From positions 1 to 64,000 of the forward strand of contig NW_021833729.1 of the NCBI RefSeq assembly GCF_006345805.1: a DNA stretch of 64,000 nucleotides, read 5' to 3'. This document shows, one piece after another, positions 1-13,084 of this stretch. The notes below the pieces were generated by a model that was not told the origin of the DNA, searched no databases, and saw only the letters and a list, made by a program, of their open reading frames with translations. The DNA comes from Octopus sinensis. Taxonomy: Eukaryota. Both the position numbers and the translations under genes were made by a program. The number at the start of each line of letters is the position of its first letter. Within the stretch, counting starts at the first letter, position 1.

Positions 1-395
1 TGCAAAACCTGAATTATGAGATTTTGCAACATCGTATTTCTCTGATAGCCCTGCTACTGATCATTACTTATTTGAGCATTTTGAGCTTTTAATAAGCATA
101 GAGAAACGTTGGGTAAACGTCATAAATGAACATGGATCATAGTTTGATCAAATAAATCAGTTGTCTAACACTTCTGAAACATTTTATTGTTACCTTTCAA
201 ATACATTTCATGTGAATCAACCTAATATATGTATATATGAAACAACCTAATATATATATATATATTATTTGTTTATTGTTCTTTTACTTAGGGGCACACT
301 TAATAGTGGTGGTGCTGTTTCTGCGTAGTATATTTCTATATTATGTAGGGTGTACATATATACATGTGTGTGTATGCGTGTTTGTGTGTTTGTGT

Positions 396-474
<79 letters not shown>

Positions 475-834
475 GAAACAATAACATGAAAAATAATGCT
501 TATGCTATGAACTTCATGCAGCTAAGACCTGTTTCTGCTATAACATGCAGTGGACTCTAGGCATTAAAATAAGAGTCCACTATATCTCATGGCACAAGCA
601 TTTATAAGCTAATGATCTTCATAATAACCCTTGATTTTCCTGTCATCTCTTTTGCTTATTACCGCTCTATACGTAACACTTGTTCTGGAACATATGTATA
701 TTGAATTCTATAACAGGTTATTATCTATGCAATATATATACGTGAAAAGAAGTTTGTTTCAAAATGTTTTTTTCCGAATTCTAGAAACACTGCTTTGCTT
801 TTATGGTTACATGCTATGTTCACTTTGGAGTATG

Positions 835-2200
835 TATTAATTACGTTTTCTCTGGATGCGATAATTTCCAGAGTTTCCTCTAGACATAAACTGCATACCC
901 GTGAAATTCCGTCATATGGTAGATAATTTTTTTATGATAGATCAGTGAGTGGTAAACTCCTCTCCATTCTTTTTAAGCCTCCAGGCGATGTTTGAGAATT
1001 GATGCGGAGTGTTTATATTGTTTATGCTTGGAGGACAATGTAAGATGGTTACGCAGATGATTTCCATGGTATTTCCGGTGCCACCGATGTGCGCGTATTT
1101 CTGCGTACCTGCGTTCACATTTGTAAACCACATTTTTTTATCATGCAGTTGTTGCTAAAACTGCATTCATCTTTAGTTCTGAAGTTACATGTATTATTAT
1201 TTCTTCCGTTCTCGCAGCGGTGTTACTACTGGTGGTTACCCTTCCTATTCGTCCTGTAATCCTGATTGGACTGTCAATTGCGTGGTCTTGTTCTAACCCG
1301 TTTTTGCTATTCGAGAGCCTTTATTTCTCTTATTTGCAAATATTCAATCTTCGTACATTGTGCTATTAGCTGCAGCTGCTCCATATTTTCACTCGAGTTT
1401 TATTGTTTAGTTTTGTAATATCTAGTTTGTGTATGTGGTATTCTTGATTGGAAAAGGTCTCGTATGCTAATTTTATATTAATAATTGGAAGATCTTGAGT
1501 GCTTTTCTAATGTTGCGAAAAATTCCTAAACTATTTTGGATTTAATTTGAGAATTGAAAATTGTGTTAAACTAAATAATTTCAACATTTATTTTCCATTT
1601 CTTTTAATATACCTATTGGGTTTGTTTGTGAATTTTGTTTCCCTGCTTCTATTGTTTTGTTATCATTATTTCTCTCGGCGTTTAACGGTGCCCTTCTTTC
1701 TAACTTTGGCTGCTCTTTCGTGAGTTTTGTTTTATATCTATCCTTCTTAGTGTTATGGTCCTTCTTTTGCCTTTTGACCCCTATTATATTTACTGTTTTT
1801 CTAGATTCTGGTACACTGTGGTTATTTATATTATTATCTCTATTATTGATAACGTTCTCTGGGTATCGTGCTTCCTTTGTCTTATTCTGTATGTATACTA
1901 TTCTATCCTTATATTCCACCCTAGCTAATGCTGAGTTGTAATATATCCGGCGTTCATATAGAATATCTGTTCATCCGGGGATATTCTGCTTCTTGAGGTG
2001 ATTCACAGTATATGTTCCGGGTAGTTGAATCCTCATCTAACATATTTTAAATTCTCAGCTTATGGAGTTGTTTGAAATTTCCATCTTTAAGTCTAAGCTT
2101 AATGTTAAGGAATTTTACCACTCTATAATTTTTTTCTATTTCAATTTCCAATCCAAGGTTCTTAAAGAAATTTTTAAAAAAACATTTTTTTGGTTCTTTC
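835..2200 (-). mobile_element. Penelope-like element remnant (RT thumb/linker + GIY-YIG endonuclease), frameshifted
   Basis: Minus-strand fragments IFYMNAGYYNSALARVEYKDRIVY, CNFRTKDECSFSNNCMIKNVVYKC, FSNIAWRLKKNGEEFT and PYDGISRVCSLCLEE match typical Penelope C-terminal motifs. Confidence 0.75.
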
Positions 2201-2649
2201 TATTTCTTCTTTGCTACATTTTGCATTGTGAACAATGCGTCGTTTCTATATAATTCCCCCAGCCTATGCTTGGTGACAGGGAAGGTTGATTCTCGACAAA
2301 ACTGAAAGGAATGAATCTGTTGTTTCTACGAATGCGGATATAATATAAGAGTAAGAGGGTGGTGGAAAGTCTGTTGTTTGTTTCTTGTTGTTTGCCTTGA
2401 CATGAATTGATTTTGCTTTTACTTAGAGACACACCTAGTAGTGTCGTGTTGTTATTGTTTGTACGGTAGCACCAGGGCGGCGTGTATGTCATAGTTTGCA
2501 CTAGAAATAGTGTTTTTGCGCAGAGTATATATAGTTTTACCTCGGGGTTGGGAAGGGTAGTTTTAAGGTGCATCCCATGGCCATGCATGGTGGGGTGGGG
2601 GTGTATCCTGACGGTATACAAACATTTTGAATTAAAACGTTCAGCAGCT

Positions 2650-4565
2650 GCTATAGATTGTTTGCAGAGCAATTTAATACATTGATTGATGGAACAGAAG
2701 AAATTCCAGGAGGATTGACCAAAGAACGGACAGTGTCGTGCTTGAAGGATGTATCGACAGGAAATTCTGTCGACAATTTCTTCCTTCCTTTATTTCTTGA
2801 AGTTGCTGTCAGGCGGGATTGCAGAAGAAATGTAGAAATTTCTTGATGATAGTGACATTTTACCAATGGTACAAAGAGGTTGTTGGAGGAGATGCAGAGG
2901 TACCAAAGACCAATTATTGATAGACAAAATGCCAGATTGTAAACGGAGTACAAATTCTGGAATAACCTAAATTGATTACCACATGATTATGACATGATTC
3001 CACGTCCGTGATCATTGAGTGCTTATATATGTTTGGAATTGCAAGGTACGTAACGTTTTCCGAAAAGAACTATGGATAGTGGAAATCTGAATTGACATCG
3101 TACAGGCAAAGCTTGGGCATCTTCAGTACCAGGAGAGATTTTTCCAAGTAAATAACGTTTCTCTGTTGCTTTTTGTATGTTAGTGCTGAGGAAAATGAAC
3201 CTGGAATATCAGTTAAAGTGAAGGTCTCAAACAGTCAACCACCTCCTCTTCATGGATTATTTGAAACTGAATGGCTTGGATGAGGCACAAGTGAGTTCTT
3301 TGGTAAACACAGTTCACTTTTTTAATACTGCTATTAAAATGAAATTCGGACACGAGAAGTGTGTAATAATAAAACTGAAAAGTGTCAAGCTACACGCTCT
3401 GACAGGGATAGAATTACCTAACAGAGAAGTGATTAAGCAAATTGTTAAGGAAGACTATAGATACCTTGTCATGCTAGAGTCAAACTAAATCATAGAAAAG
3501 AAAATGAAAGAACAGCTAAGGAAAGAATATTTTAGAAGGCTAAGGTTGGAGTTGCGCTCAGAATTGATTGGATGGTATAAAAGCCAAACAGTGAATACAT
3601 GGGCGATAGCATAGCTTCGGTATGGAACTTGAATCATAAACTGGCAAATATAAGAATTGATGTGTATGGATACGAATACACGAAAACTGTTGGCAACGCA
3701 CGGAGCATTGCATCCAAGAGTGACGCTGATAGGTTATACTTGCATACTTGTCCAGAAGAAAGGATTGGAGAAGTTTGATTAGTTATCGTGATTGTGTCGA
3801 AGCAACAGAAAACAGATTAGGTTGTATATAATAAAATGCCATGAAACCATTGCTAGAACATGTGAAGAAGTCCAGTATCATCAAAATTGATAACTGTGCT
3901 TAGAAAGAAAAATTCAAAGAGGAAAAGGACACAAAAAACGAAATGGTATGGAAAGAGAAATAATGTACTGCCATTTTGCATGACGAGGCAGATAGAGAAG
4001 GCTGGTGGTTATGAATGCGGAGGTGTGACCTGAACACAGAAACAAGAACAAGTATTAAGGACAAACTATGTGAAGTGCAAAAATGATAACACAACTGAGA
4101 GCGACAAATGCAGACCGTGTGGTGTGAGAGGTGAAGCAGTATAGCACGTTGTTAGTGGATGCCCGACATTGGCACAACGTAGTTACAAAAGATGACATAA
4201 CAACGTTGCAGGAATGATCCATTGGGAGCTCTGTGGAAATTATGGCCAAGAAACATCAGAGAGGTAGTATGATCAAACCTTAGAAGGAGTTTCTGAGAAT
4301 GATTGCAAACTCCTGTGGGATGCAATAATGCGGTGTAATCATCAGGTTAAATGTCGTAAATCTGACATTGGTTGGACACAGGTTGTGGAAAAATGGAGGA
4401 AGTGGACGTAATAACAATAGTGATTGGTGCGCTTATAATATCAGCACTCAACTACCAATGTGGCTCAAAAAGATTGGTACAAATGTAGAGAGAGAACACT
4501 TACAAAACTCATCATTGCTTGTAATAGCAAGAGCTCTTCAAGAGCTCTTGAAGCATTATCGGTAA
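2650..4565 (+). mobile_element. R4/Dong-clade (REL-endonuclease) non-LTR retrotransposon, 5'-truncated and degenerate
   Basis: [20 protein letters not shown]; MDYLKLNG (YMDD-like); CRPCGVRGEAV*HVVSGC (CCHC); HNNVAGMIHWELC; LWD..(K)SDI REL motif; multiple stops and frameshifts. Confidence 0.85.
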
Positions 4566-4699
4566 TTGTCATTTTAATCTGATAGCTGTGGGGTGTGGGA
4601 CACTCAGTTAGATACACCAAGTACTTAAGTGGTACTTATTTAATCAAAAAGACGAAGAAAGTCACACAGAAATTGACCCAACAGAACTACATGATCTAA

Positions 4700-5260
4700 A
4701 ATATCAAATCATGATTGAATGGCTGAAAATTAAGGAAACCAGTGCGAATGAACTTCGCATTTCTAACCAAAACCTGAAAGTAATTTGTGAAATCCGCCTT
4801 GCACTTAAGGATATAATTTCAACTAATGATGTTGATATTACACATTTCAACCACCTGTACTTTGCATCCGAGAAAATCTCAGCGATTCTATGTGGTGAAA
4901 AGATTAGAAAACGACAACATTCCCACAAAAGCCTACTTGGCAAGAGCGTATTCAATACCAGATTCAGCTAAATAGGTCTGACATAGAATGTTTAGAAACC
5001 CTTACGTTTGACAAAACTATCAAACCAACAAAAATCCGAAAATTAAAGAAAACATATAATATTAAAACTATACTTGACATCAATACCGCCATAGAAACTA
5101 TCAATCAAAAGGGATGTGCTAAGGTATGAAAAGCGCATTAGATACTTCAAGGACAACAACATACTCAAAACTAGCACCAAACAATGTGCAGAAGCTACCT
5201 TTATCAAGGGAAAATTAACAGAAACATCCGATGTTAATCTTCACTAGCAGAATGTCATAA
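4700..5260 (+). mobile_element. R4/Dong-type pre-RT N-terminal fragment
   Basis: KPTWQERIQYQIQLNRSDI...KLKKTYNIK...AIETINQK and RYEKRIRYFKDNNILKTSTKQ resemble the region upstream of the R4-clade RT. Confidence 0.55.
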
Positions 5261-5329
5261 AGGAGTTAGAACCAGCGGAGAGCTCCAATACCTAAGGGTA
5301 TTTGAAGGGGACGGAATCAAACATTCAGT

Positions 5330-6150
5330 GATGAGGAAAGAATCAGAAGTTGTAGCATCTGTCAGGCGGCTCCGTCCTGGGCAAGTCGTTTTCTCGGCAA
5401 GTCGCTTTCTTCAAGGAATGCGATTAAATTCTTTCTGACTATTCATTCTGACTTTGCTGGCGTGTGAGGTTAAAGAGATAGGCCTATAATTTTGGTATTT
5501 GCTATGCGTCCTCCTCTATCGACTGGGCATAATATTCCCTCCTTCAGTTTGCTTGGCATCGTGTCATTTGCAAGGAAAGTCTGGATGAGAATCTCTAGTC
5601 GTTTTGCCAGGGCAAGTTTGCACGGTTTGAGGAGGGTTGCTTGAAAACCATCGGATCCAGCAGCTGAGTTTGCGTCCACCTCACATATGGCTAGTATTAC
5701 ATCTTCCCTAATATCGATGTATCCATGGTAACTACCTCGCCGGTTATAGGTGAGGCGGCAAAGATATCTGTTGGCTCGTTCACTTATCTACGTTCAAACG
5801 GGGTAAAGACACTTTTGAACTGGTCATTCAATACTTCATTGGTCCTTATTGGATTGCCTGTGAGGAAGCCGTCCTTCTGGAAGAGGGTTCCTATTTTGCA
5901 AAGCACTGAGGCTGTTCCTTTGGTATAATGAAAGAAAGCCTTTGGTTTTGACTTGATGCTTTTTATAACACAGGCTTCTTTGTCTGAACTCTCTTCTTCA
6001 CATAAAATTGTTGTAGGCTTTTTTCAATATCCATCAGTGTTGTTTTTAGGCGGGAGCTTTCACTACTTTTGGGATGTTGGTTGAAGTGATTTGCAATCTT
6101 CGTCCCTCGTCTCATGACGATCTACTTCTCCCTTACAATCTCGTTTTCTT
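5330..6150 (-). mobile_element. CR1/L2/Jockey-type LINE RT fragment
   Basis: IKSKPKAFFHY..., DANSAAGSDGFQATLLKPCKLALAKRLEIL...KLKEGILCPV, followed by a degenerate YRPISLTSH / HGFRPGRS region. Confidence 0.7.
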
Positions 6151-6463
6151 TTTTGTTGGCCTTGAGCTCTGGGACATATTCGTAGTATATAGCTTGCATA
6201 ACAGACACGATATACTCTAGTTTCATGCTGATATCAGGTGTGGAGAGACATTTCGGCCAGTCCTGTCTGAGGATCTAAGTTTGGATCGATATCTAGTCTG
6301 CTTTGTGAAAATTCAGACAGAAGAGAATTTGGGTGCTTCCTTTAGGCTGTATATCTGTATATACATTTGACCCATACATACACAGCTCTATTATGTTGTG
6401 ATCCGAAACTAATGTCAGCGTCACGTTCACATGATGAACGATGTCAATATTATATATATATAT

Positions 6464-6533
<70 letters not shown>

Positions 6534-6558
6534 CATATACATATACATATATATATAT

Positions 6559-6623
<65 letters not shown>

Positions 6624-6729
6624 TATATATATGTGTGTGTGTGTGTCTAATGTAGGATAAAGGTTTTTTCGAAAAACATGTTATCAATGGCCAGTATATT
6701 AAAAAATACCTTTAAAGGTTAAATTATAA

Positions 6730-7173
6730 ACAACTTATAAATAAGGGCAAACGAAAACATCTCTAATGCCAAATATTCCGAAAATTGGACATAATGTCCA
6801 TTTACCATATAATCTTTTTAGGTCGACAGAAATCTCTAAAAAATTCCATTATTACCATATCGGACCGATTTCAGGGTTAGTTCAAAAAGAACCCTCCCTT
6901 CGTCAGTGATACATATGGCAAAGAAGTAAATGCGATACTTACTCATGGAAGAAGCAAACACTAAGTCATGAGCACAACTAAGTACCCCAAAAAATCCAAA
7001 ATAGAAATAATCGGTCCGATATGGTAATAATGGAATTTTTTAGAGATTTCTGTCGACCTTTTTCGAGTAGCGTGCGTACTGGGAAAAAGATTATATGGTA
7101 AATGGACAATATGTCCAATTTTCGGCATATTTCGCATTAGAAATTTTTTCGTTTGCCCTTATTTATAAGTTGT
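6730..7173. repeat. Fold-back (MITE-like) inverted repeat
   Basis: Arm 6730-6870 is the reverse complement of 7009-7173 apart from a ~25-nt indel; spacer ~140 nt. Confidence 0.85.
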
Positions 7174-7188
7174 ATATATATATATATA

Positions 7189-8840
7189 CTAGCAGAGTTA
7201 CCCGGCGTTGCCCGTGTTACATACAATTGAAGAATTAGACTTTTCTATTATATTTTCTGTAATGAACTGGAATACCTATGTTTCGAATTTCATCAAAATT
7301 GCAGATGAGGGTTATTTCCCTCTTTACATACCCTAAAACATTGTAATCATGCCACAAGTATCCCATACTACTGATTTTTATGCGCATATTCCAAAATTCC
7401 AGTCTTATTGAACCTGTTAAAGGATTTTGCTCCTGAAAAATGGAGGTCATGGAGCTCTAAAATGTGAGAGTTAAGGCCCCTATTGGGGGTGGGTGTCTTA
7501 ATGTCACCCAGAGAAGTTGAATTGTTGAGAATCTTTTTAACTTGGGTCTTTTATCTATTGTTTGAATTTCTTTGAAATAGAAAATATATGTTCACTGGGT
7601 TTGTAAAGGAGAGCAAGGCTACAGGAAACGAAAAGACGAATGATCACAATAAGCAGTCAACTACCCTAGCCTAGTCATTGCTACTCCCAATGTAGTATTC
7701 CTCACCATCCAGGTGACAGGCATAGCCATAAGATGCATTACGAATTTATAGCAATTGGGAGGGCGCGACCCAACTGAAATAAACATTAACAAATGTGTGA
7801 CGTGAGGGCTAAGGAGAAATGAAAGCTGGAGTTTGCAAATTACCACTATTTACAATTTATAAATGTCTTTGAATAACCAGTCACTCAACTGGGAAGGCCT
7901 TGAAATCAATGTTACCATCTGGGGACTATGTGTGACCCAGTGAAAATAAAAAGAGTGAAAGGAGGTCTGCAATCAAATAACTTTAGTGAACACTTTGCAA
8001 CTGAATCGATGGAAGCAAAGATGCCTCTCATTTACTTGACAATTTATGCACCACATTGCAGAAATCACAATGTAATTGTATCTCAAAGCAAACTGTTACA
8101 CTGTTGTACCATTGAATTACAAATAATGCTCATCTTTTATGCTCGGGTGACCGTACAGCTTCTAAGAGTACAACTGTATTCGTCTTTGCTAAGATAAAAT
8201 GACAAAATTGTGGGTGTTACGTCACTATAAAGAGATCTTTCTAACTTGTAAGAAGATGAAATTTTATAAATATTACTTCATTTGTATTTGATATCTATGG
8301 TTAAAATTTCATCAACAGCAAAAATATATGAATTGTCATGGGGGTTATGGCCCTTATGCATAGAATATAATTTCCAAATTTCGCAAAGATTCATTCAGCA
8401 CTTTTGACCTAGTTTTGGACCATAAAAGAAATTACTAAAATTTGGGGGTTAAGGCCCCCATGAGGGTATCTTAGAATCCTCTTGTTAAGTGGAAACTTTG
8501 AGAATGCTTCTTGATGTGTGCCAATTACCCATGCCTGAAATTTCATCAACATCGAAAATTTATGAATTTTCATGGGGGCGGGGTTCTGCCCCCTTTAAGC
8601 CATCTGAATTCAAACCAAACATATTGCATTATACCCGCCCTTATGCATTGAATCTAAGTTTCAAATATCACAAGGATCCATTCAGTAATTTTGGTCCATG
8701 AAATTGTATGGAACAAACAGTATTACCCTTCTCCCTAGGCTTGGATTTTGCGTTCCAAATTTCATTATGATCGGTGCAGCAGTTTTCGAATGAATAAGTA
8801 ACACACGAATACATAAAGACATTGACTTTGATATAATAGA
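7189..8840 (-). mobile_element. Non-autonomous Helitron-type element
   Basis: Minus strand starts a|TCTATTATATC and ends CGGGCAACGCCGGGTAACTCTGCTAG|t (subterminal GC hairpin, CTAG, A/T insertion site). The internal part recurs at ~36075-36585. Confidence 0.7.
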
Positions 8841-9140
8841 TACGAATGTGCACATATACATTCATATATATATATACATGTGTGTGTGCGTGTGTGTGTG
8901 TGTATAGGTAAACAAAAATATGAGACAGAGCCTAGTGCTTTTTATGTTGATAAGTCTGGTACTTATTCTATTAGTTTCTTCTTGTGAAACCAGTAAGTTA
9001 TGGGGATGTAAATAAACGAACAGCAGTTATGAAGCAGTGATGAGGACGAAACACAGAAACAAAGTCACATACACTTACATATATACATACATATATATAT
9101 GATTGATTTCTTTACGTTTCTGTCAACGAAATCCATATAT

Positions 9141-9551
9141 TCTCTTTTACTCTTTTCTCTTTTACTTGTTTCAGTCATTTGACTGCGGCCATGCTGGAGC
9201 ACCGCCTTTAATCGAGCAACTCGACCCCGGGACTTATTCTTTGTAAGCCCAGTACTTATTCTATCGGTCTCTTTTTTGCCGAACCGCTAAGTGACGGGGA
9301 CGTAAACACACCAGCATCGGTTGTCAAGCAATGCTAGGGGAACAAACACAGACACACAAACAAACACATATATATATATACATATATACGACAGGCTTCT
9401 TTCAGTTTCCGTCTACCAAATCCACTCACAAGGCATTGGTCGGCCCGGGGCTATAGCAGAAGACACTTGCCCAAGATGCCACGCAGTGGGACTGAACCCG
9501 GAACCATGTGGTTGGTTAGCAAGCTACATACCACACAGCCACTCCTGCGCC
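9141..9551 (-). mobile_element. tRNA-derived SINE family A (GGCGCAGGAGTGGCTGTGTGGTAAG head)
   Basis: Near-identical to copies at 43054, 46189, 48880, 55301, 60543 and 62184; internal (AT)/(GT) tract; AAAAGAGT tail. Confidence 0.85.
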
Positions 9552-10127
9552 TATATATATATATATTATATATATGTATACACAGACACACACATAAATA
9601 AATTAATAGATACAAATGAGTGGGCAAACAAAAGTATGAGATACTGCCTAGTGGTTTTTTTTTTATTTTGATAAGCCTGGTACTTATTCTATCAGTTTCT
9701 TTTTGTGAAACGAGTAAGTTATGGGGATGTAAATAAACGAACAGCAGTCGTGAAGCAGTGATGAGAGAGAAATACAAAGACACACATACAGACTTACATA
9801 TATGCATACATATATATACGATTGATTTCTTTCAATTTCTGTCTATAAAATCCACTGACAAGGCTTTGGTTGGTTTGAGGCTATAGCAGAAGACACATGC
9901 CAAGTTACCATACAGTGGGACTGAACCCAGGACCATGTGTTTTGGAACCATGTTTGTTACCACACAGCCACACTTGCACCTATGTATGTGTGTGACTATA
10001 GGTGTATATATATATGCATGGATATATGTATATATATATGTGTACATATTACATGTACATCTATATATATATATAAGAAATATTGAATTTCTAAATCTCT
10101 CGTAGAGACATGTACGGTTATGGGGCG

Positions 10128-10523
10128 ATAGAATGGTTGTATAATGTCAATCTAACAAGAACGTGACAGTAGGGGGTACACCACCGCTGTATAGTCCTAG
10201 GAAGCATCGAACGCCTCCTGATGGCTTTGACACATTTTTCCCTGTGTCCTTATATACACTTACGAAGGGGAGACAAACACCCCCGGCTGCCGGAACTGCA
10301 TCTAGGGACACGTGTTTCAGGATCGTTGTCCTTCATCGGCCTAGAGTAGCAGACACCGGTCAGCCGGTGATATTTGCCTCGAATAGACTTCACTGAATAT
10401 AGATATATACAAATACGAAGTCGAGGCATCAGAAGGCGTTCGATGCTTCCTAGGGCTATACAGCGGTGGTGTACCCCCTACTGTCACGTTCTTGTTAGAT
10501 TGACAGTATACAACCATTCTATA
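10128..10523. repeat. Fold-back inverted repeat
   Basis: Arms 10128-10231 and 10420-10523 (~100 nt, few mismatches) around a ~190-nt spacer. Confidence 0.85.
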
Positions 10524-10528
10524 TATAT

Positions 10529-10602
<74 letters not shown>

Positions 10603-10994
10603 TCTATACATATACATATACATTTATATCTATAGAAATAAATCTATACATATATACCTGTACATATAAATGTATACATATATATCTATATATATACATG
10701 TATGTATATATATATATATATATATTTAGCAATTAAGGACAACTACTTAATAAGGAAAACTTAACAAGAAATTGTCAGGTAGATAGCGTGAAAACCTCAT
10801 AAGAGAAAAAATTTCGAAAATAATTATTTCTTATTGAACATATTAATTTATATATAGAGGGCATTATACATACATGCCAGAAGGCATTATACATACATGC
10901 CACACGCTAAGAGGGACAATTAGTCATTTCTACCAAAAATATTACTAATCCCACCGAATGCAATTTTTCAAAGTAAGACATTTTAAAAAATATA

Positions 10995-11040
10995 GACCTG
11001 TATCACAGTGATTTCATACTTACGTATTCATCAGCAGGCC
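10995..11040 (-). ncRNA. Type I hammerhead ribozyme (inverted copy)
   Basis: Reverse complement is GGCCTG CTGATGA ATAC GTAA GTAT GAAA TCACTGTGA TA CAGGTC. Confidence 0.8.
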
Positions 11041-11572
11041 TGAATGTATTATAAATAAACAACGACCCTGCCCCGCTTAAGCCGATCAGCTAACTGATCA
11101 ACATCAACGAAGCACATGGGTGAGTTTACATATATTACATCCGGATAAATGGCAAACTTTTACGAATTGCATTTCGGGTGGGATTAGTAATATTTTTGGT
11201 AGAAATGACTAATTGTCCCTCTTAGCGTGTGGCATGTATGTATAATGCCTTCTGGCATGTATGTATAATGCCCTCTATATATAAATTAATATGTTCAATA
11301 AGAAATAATTATTTTCGAAATTTTTTCTCTTATGAGGTTTTCACGCTATCTACCTGACAATTTCTTGTTAAGTTTTCCTTATTAAGTAGTTGTCCTTAAT
11401 TGCTAAATTTTTATTCCGAAAAAACTTTTCCTCTCCCGAAATGCAATTCGTAAAAGTTTGCCATTTATCCGGATGTAATATATGTAAACTCACCCATGTG
11501 CTTCGTTGATGTTGATCAGTTAGCTGATCGGCTTAAGCGGGGCAGGGTCGTTGTTTATTTATAATACATTCA

Positions 11573-11618
11573 GGCCTGCTGATGAATACGTAAGTATGAA
11601 ATCACTGTGATACAGGTC
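11573..11618 (+). ncRNA. Type I hammerhead ribozyme
   Basis: Stem I GGCCTG/CAGGTC; core CTGATGA; stem II ATAC/GTAT with GTAA (GNRA) loop; GAAA; stem III ATCA/TGAT with CTG loop; predicted cleavage after AUA at 11612. Confidence 0.85.
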
Positions 11619-12051
11619 TATATTTTTTTAAATGTCTTACTTTGAAAAATTGCATTCGGTGGGATTAGTAATATTTTTGGTAGAAATGACTAATTGTCCT
11701 CTTAGCGTGTGGCATGTATGTATAATGCCTTCTGGCATGTATGTATAATGCCCGCTATATATAAATTAATATGTTCAATAAGAAATAATTATTTTCGAAA
11801 TTTTTTCTCTTATGAGGTTTTCACGCTATCTACCTGACAATTTCTTGTTAAGTTTTCCTTATTAAGTAGTTGTCCTTAATTGCTAAATTTTTATTCCGAA
11901 AAAACTTTTCCTCTCCGAAATGCAATTCGTAAAAGTTTGCCATTTATCCGGATGTAATATATGTAAACTCACCCATGTGCTTCGTTGATGATGATCAGTT
12001 AGCTGATCGGCTTAAGCGGGGCAGGGTCGTTGTTTATTTATAATACATTCA

Positions 12052-12097
12052 GGCCTGCTGATGAATACGTAAGTATGAAATCACTGTGATACAGGTC
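12052..12097 (+). ncRNA. Type I hammerhead ribozyme
   Basis: Identical motif; predicted cleavage after 12091. Confidence 0.85.
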
Positions 12098-12532
12098 TAT
12101 ATTTTTTTAAATGTCTTACTTTGAAAAATTGCATTCGGTGGGATTAGTAATATTTTTGGTAGAAATGACTAATTGTCCCTCTTAGCGTGTGGCATGTATG
12201 TATAATGCCTTCTGGCATGTATGTATAATGCCCTCGAAATATAAATTAATATGTTCAATAACAAATAATTATTTTCGAAATTTTTTCTCTTATGAGGTTT
12301 TCACGCTATCTACCTGACAATTTCTTGTTAAGTTTTCCTTATTAAGTAGGTGTCCTTAATTGCTAAATTTTTATTCCGAAAAAACTTTTCCTCTCCCGAA
12401 ATGCAATTCGTAAAAGTTTGCCATTTATCCGGATGTAATATATGTAAACTCACCTATGTGCTTCGTTGATGTTGATCAGTTAGCCGATCGGCTTAAGCGG
12501 GGCAGGGTCGTTGTTTATTTATAATACATTCA

Positions 12533-12578
12533 GGCCTGCTGATGAATACGTAAGTATGAAATCACTGTGATACAGGTC
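12533..12578 (+). ncRNA. Type I hammerhead ribozyme
   Basis: Identical motif; predicted cleavage after 12572. Confidence 0.85.
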
Positions 12579-12716
12579 TATATTTTTTTAAATGTCTTAC
12601 TTTGAAAAATTGCATTCGGTGGGATTAGTAATATTTTTGGTAGAAATGACTAATTGTCCCTCTTAGCGTGTGGCATGTATGTACAATGCCTTCTGGCATG
12701 TATGTATAATGCCCTC

Positions 12717-12801
<85 letters not shown>

Positions 12802-13084
12802 TGTATGTATATATATATACATATATACACATATACATGTAAATTTAAATTTAAAATAATAAGGGTGAAAAATTGAATATTAATTTGATTAATATCAATT
12901 TAAAACCAGTGGTGTAGCCTATTGAAACGTCTGAAGTTTCAGAAAAAAATTATATTACATACATATAAGAGGGATTAGGTGTAAGTGGACATCCATTATG
13001 CTAGAAAAAAATCTCTATGGTCTTACCATTCCTTTGTTAGTGGTAAGACCATAGCGGATCTTCTTCTAGCGTAATGAATGTCCA

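Larger units (their letters stand above)
10724..12720. mobile_element. Hammerhead-ribozyme tandem array (retrozyme / Penelope pseudo-LTR-like): one inverted unit plus ~3.2 direct ~480-bp units
   Basis: 10724-11177 is the reverse complement of the unit; direct units start at ~11178, 11659, 12137 and 12619; (AT)n on both flanks; no ORF; one hammerhead per unit. Confidence 0.85.
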
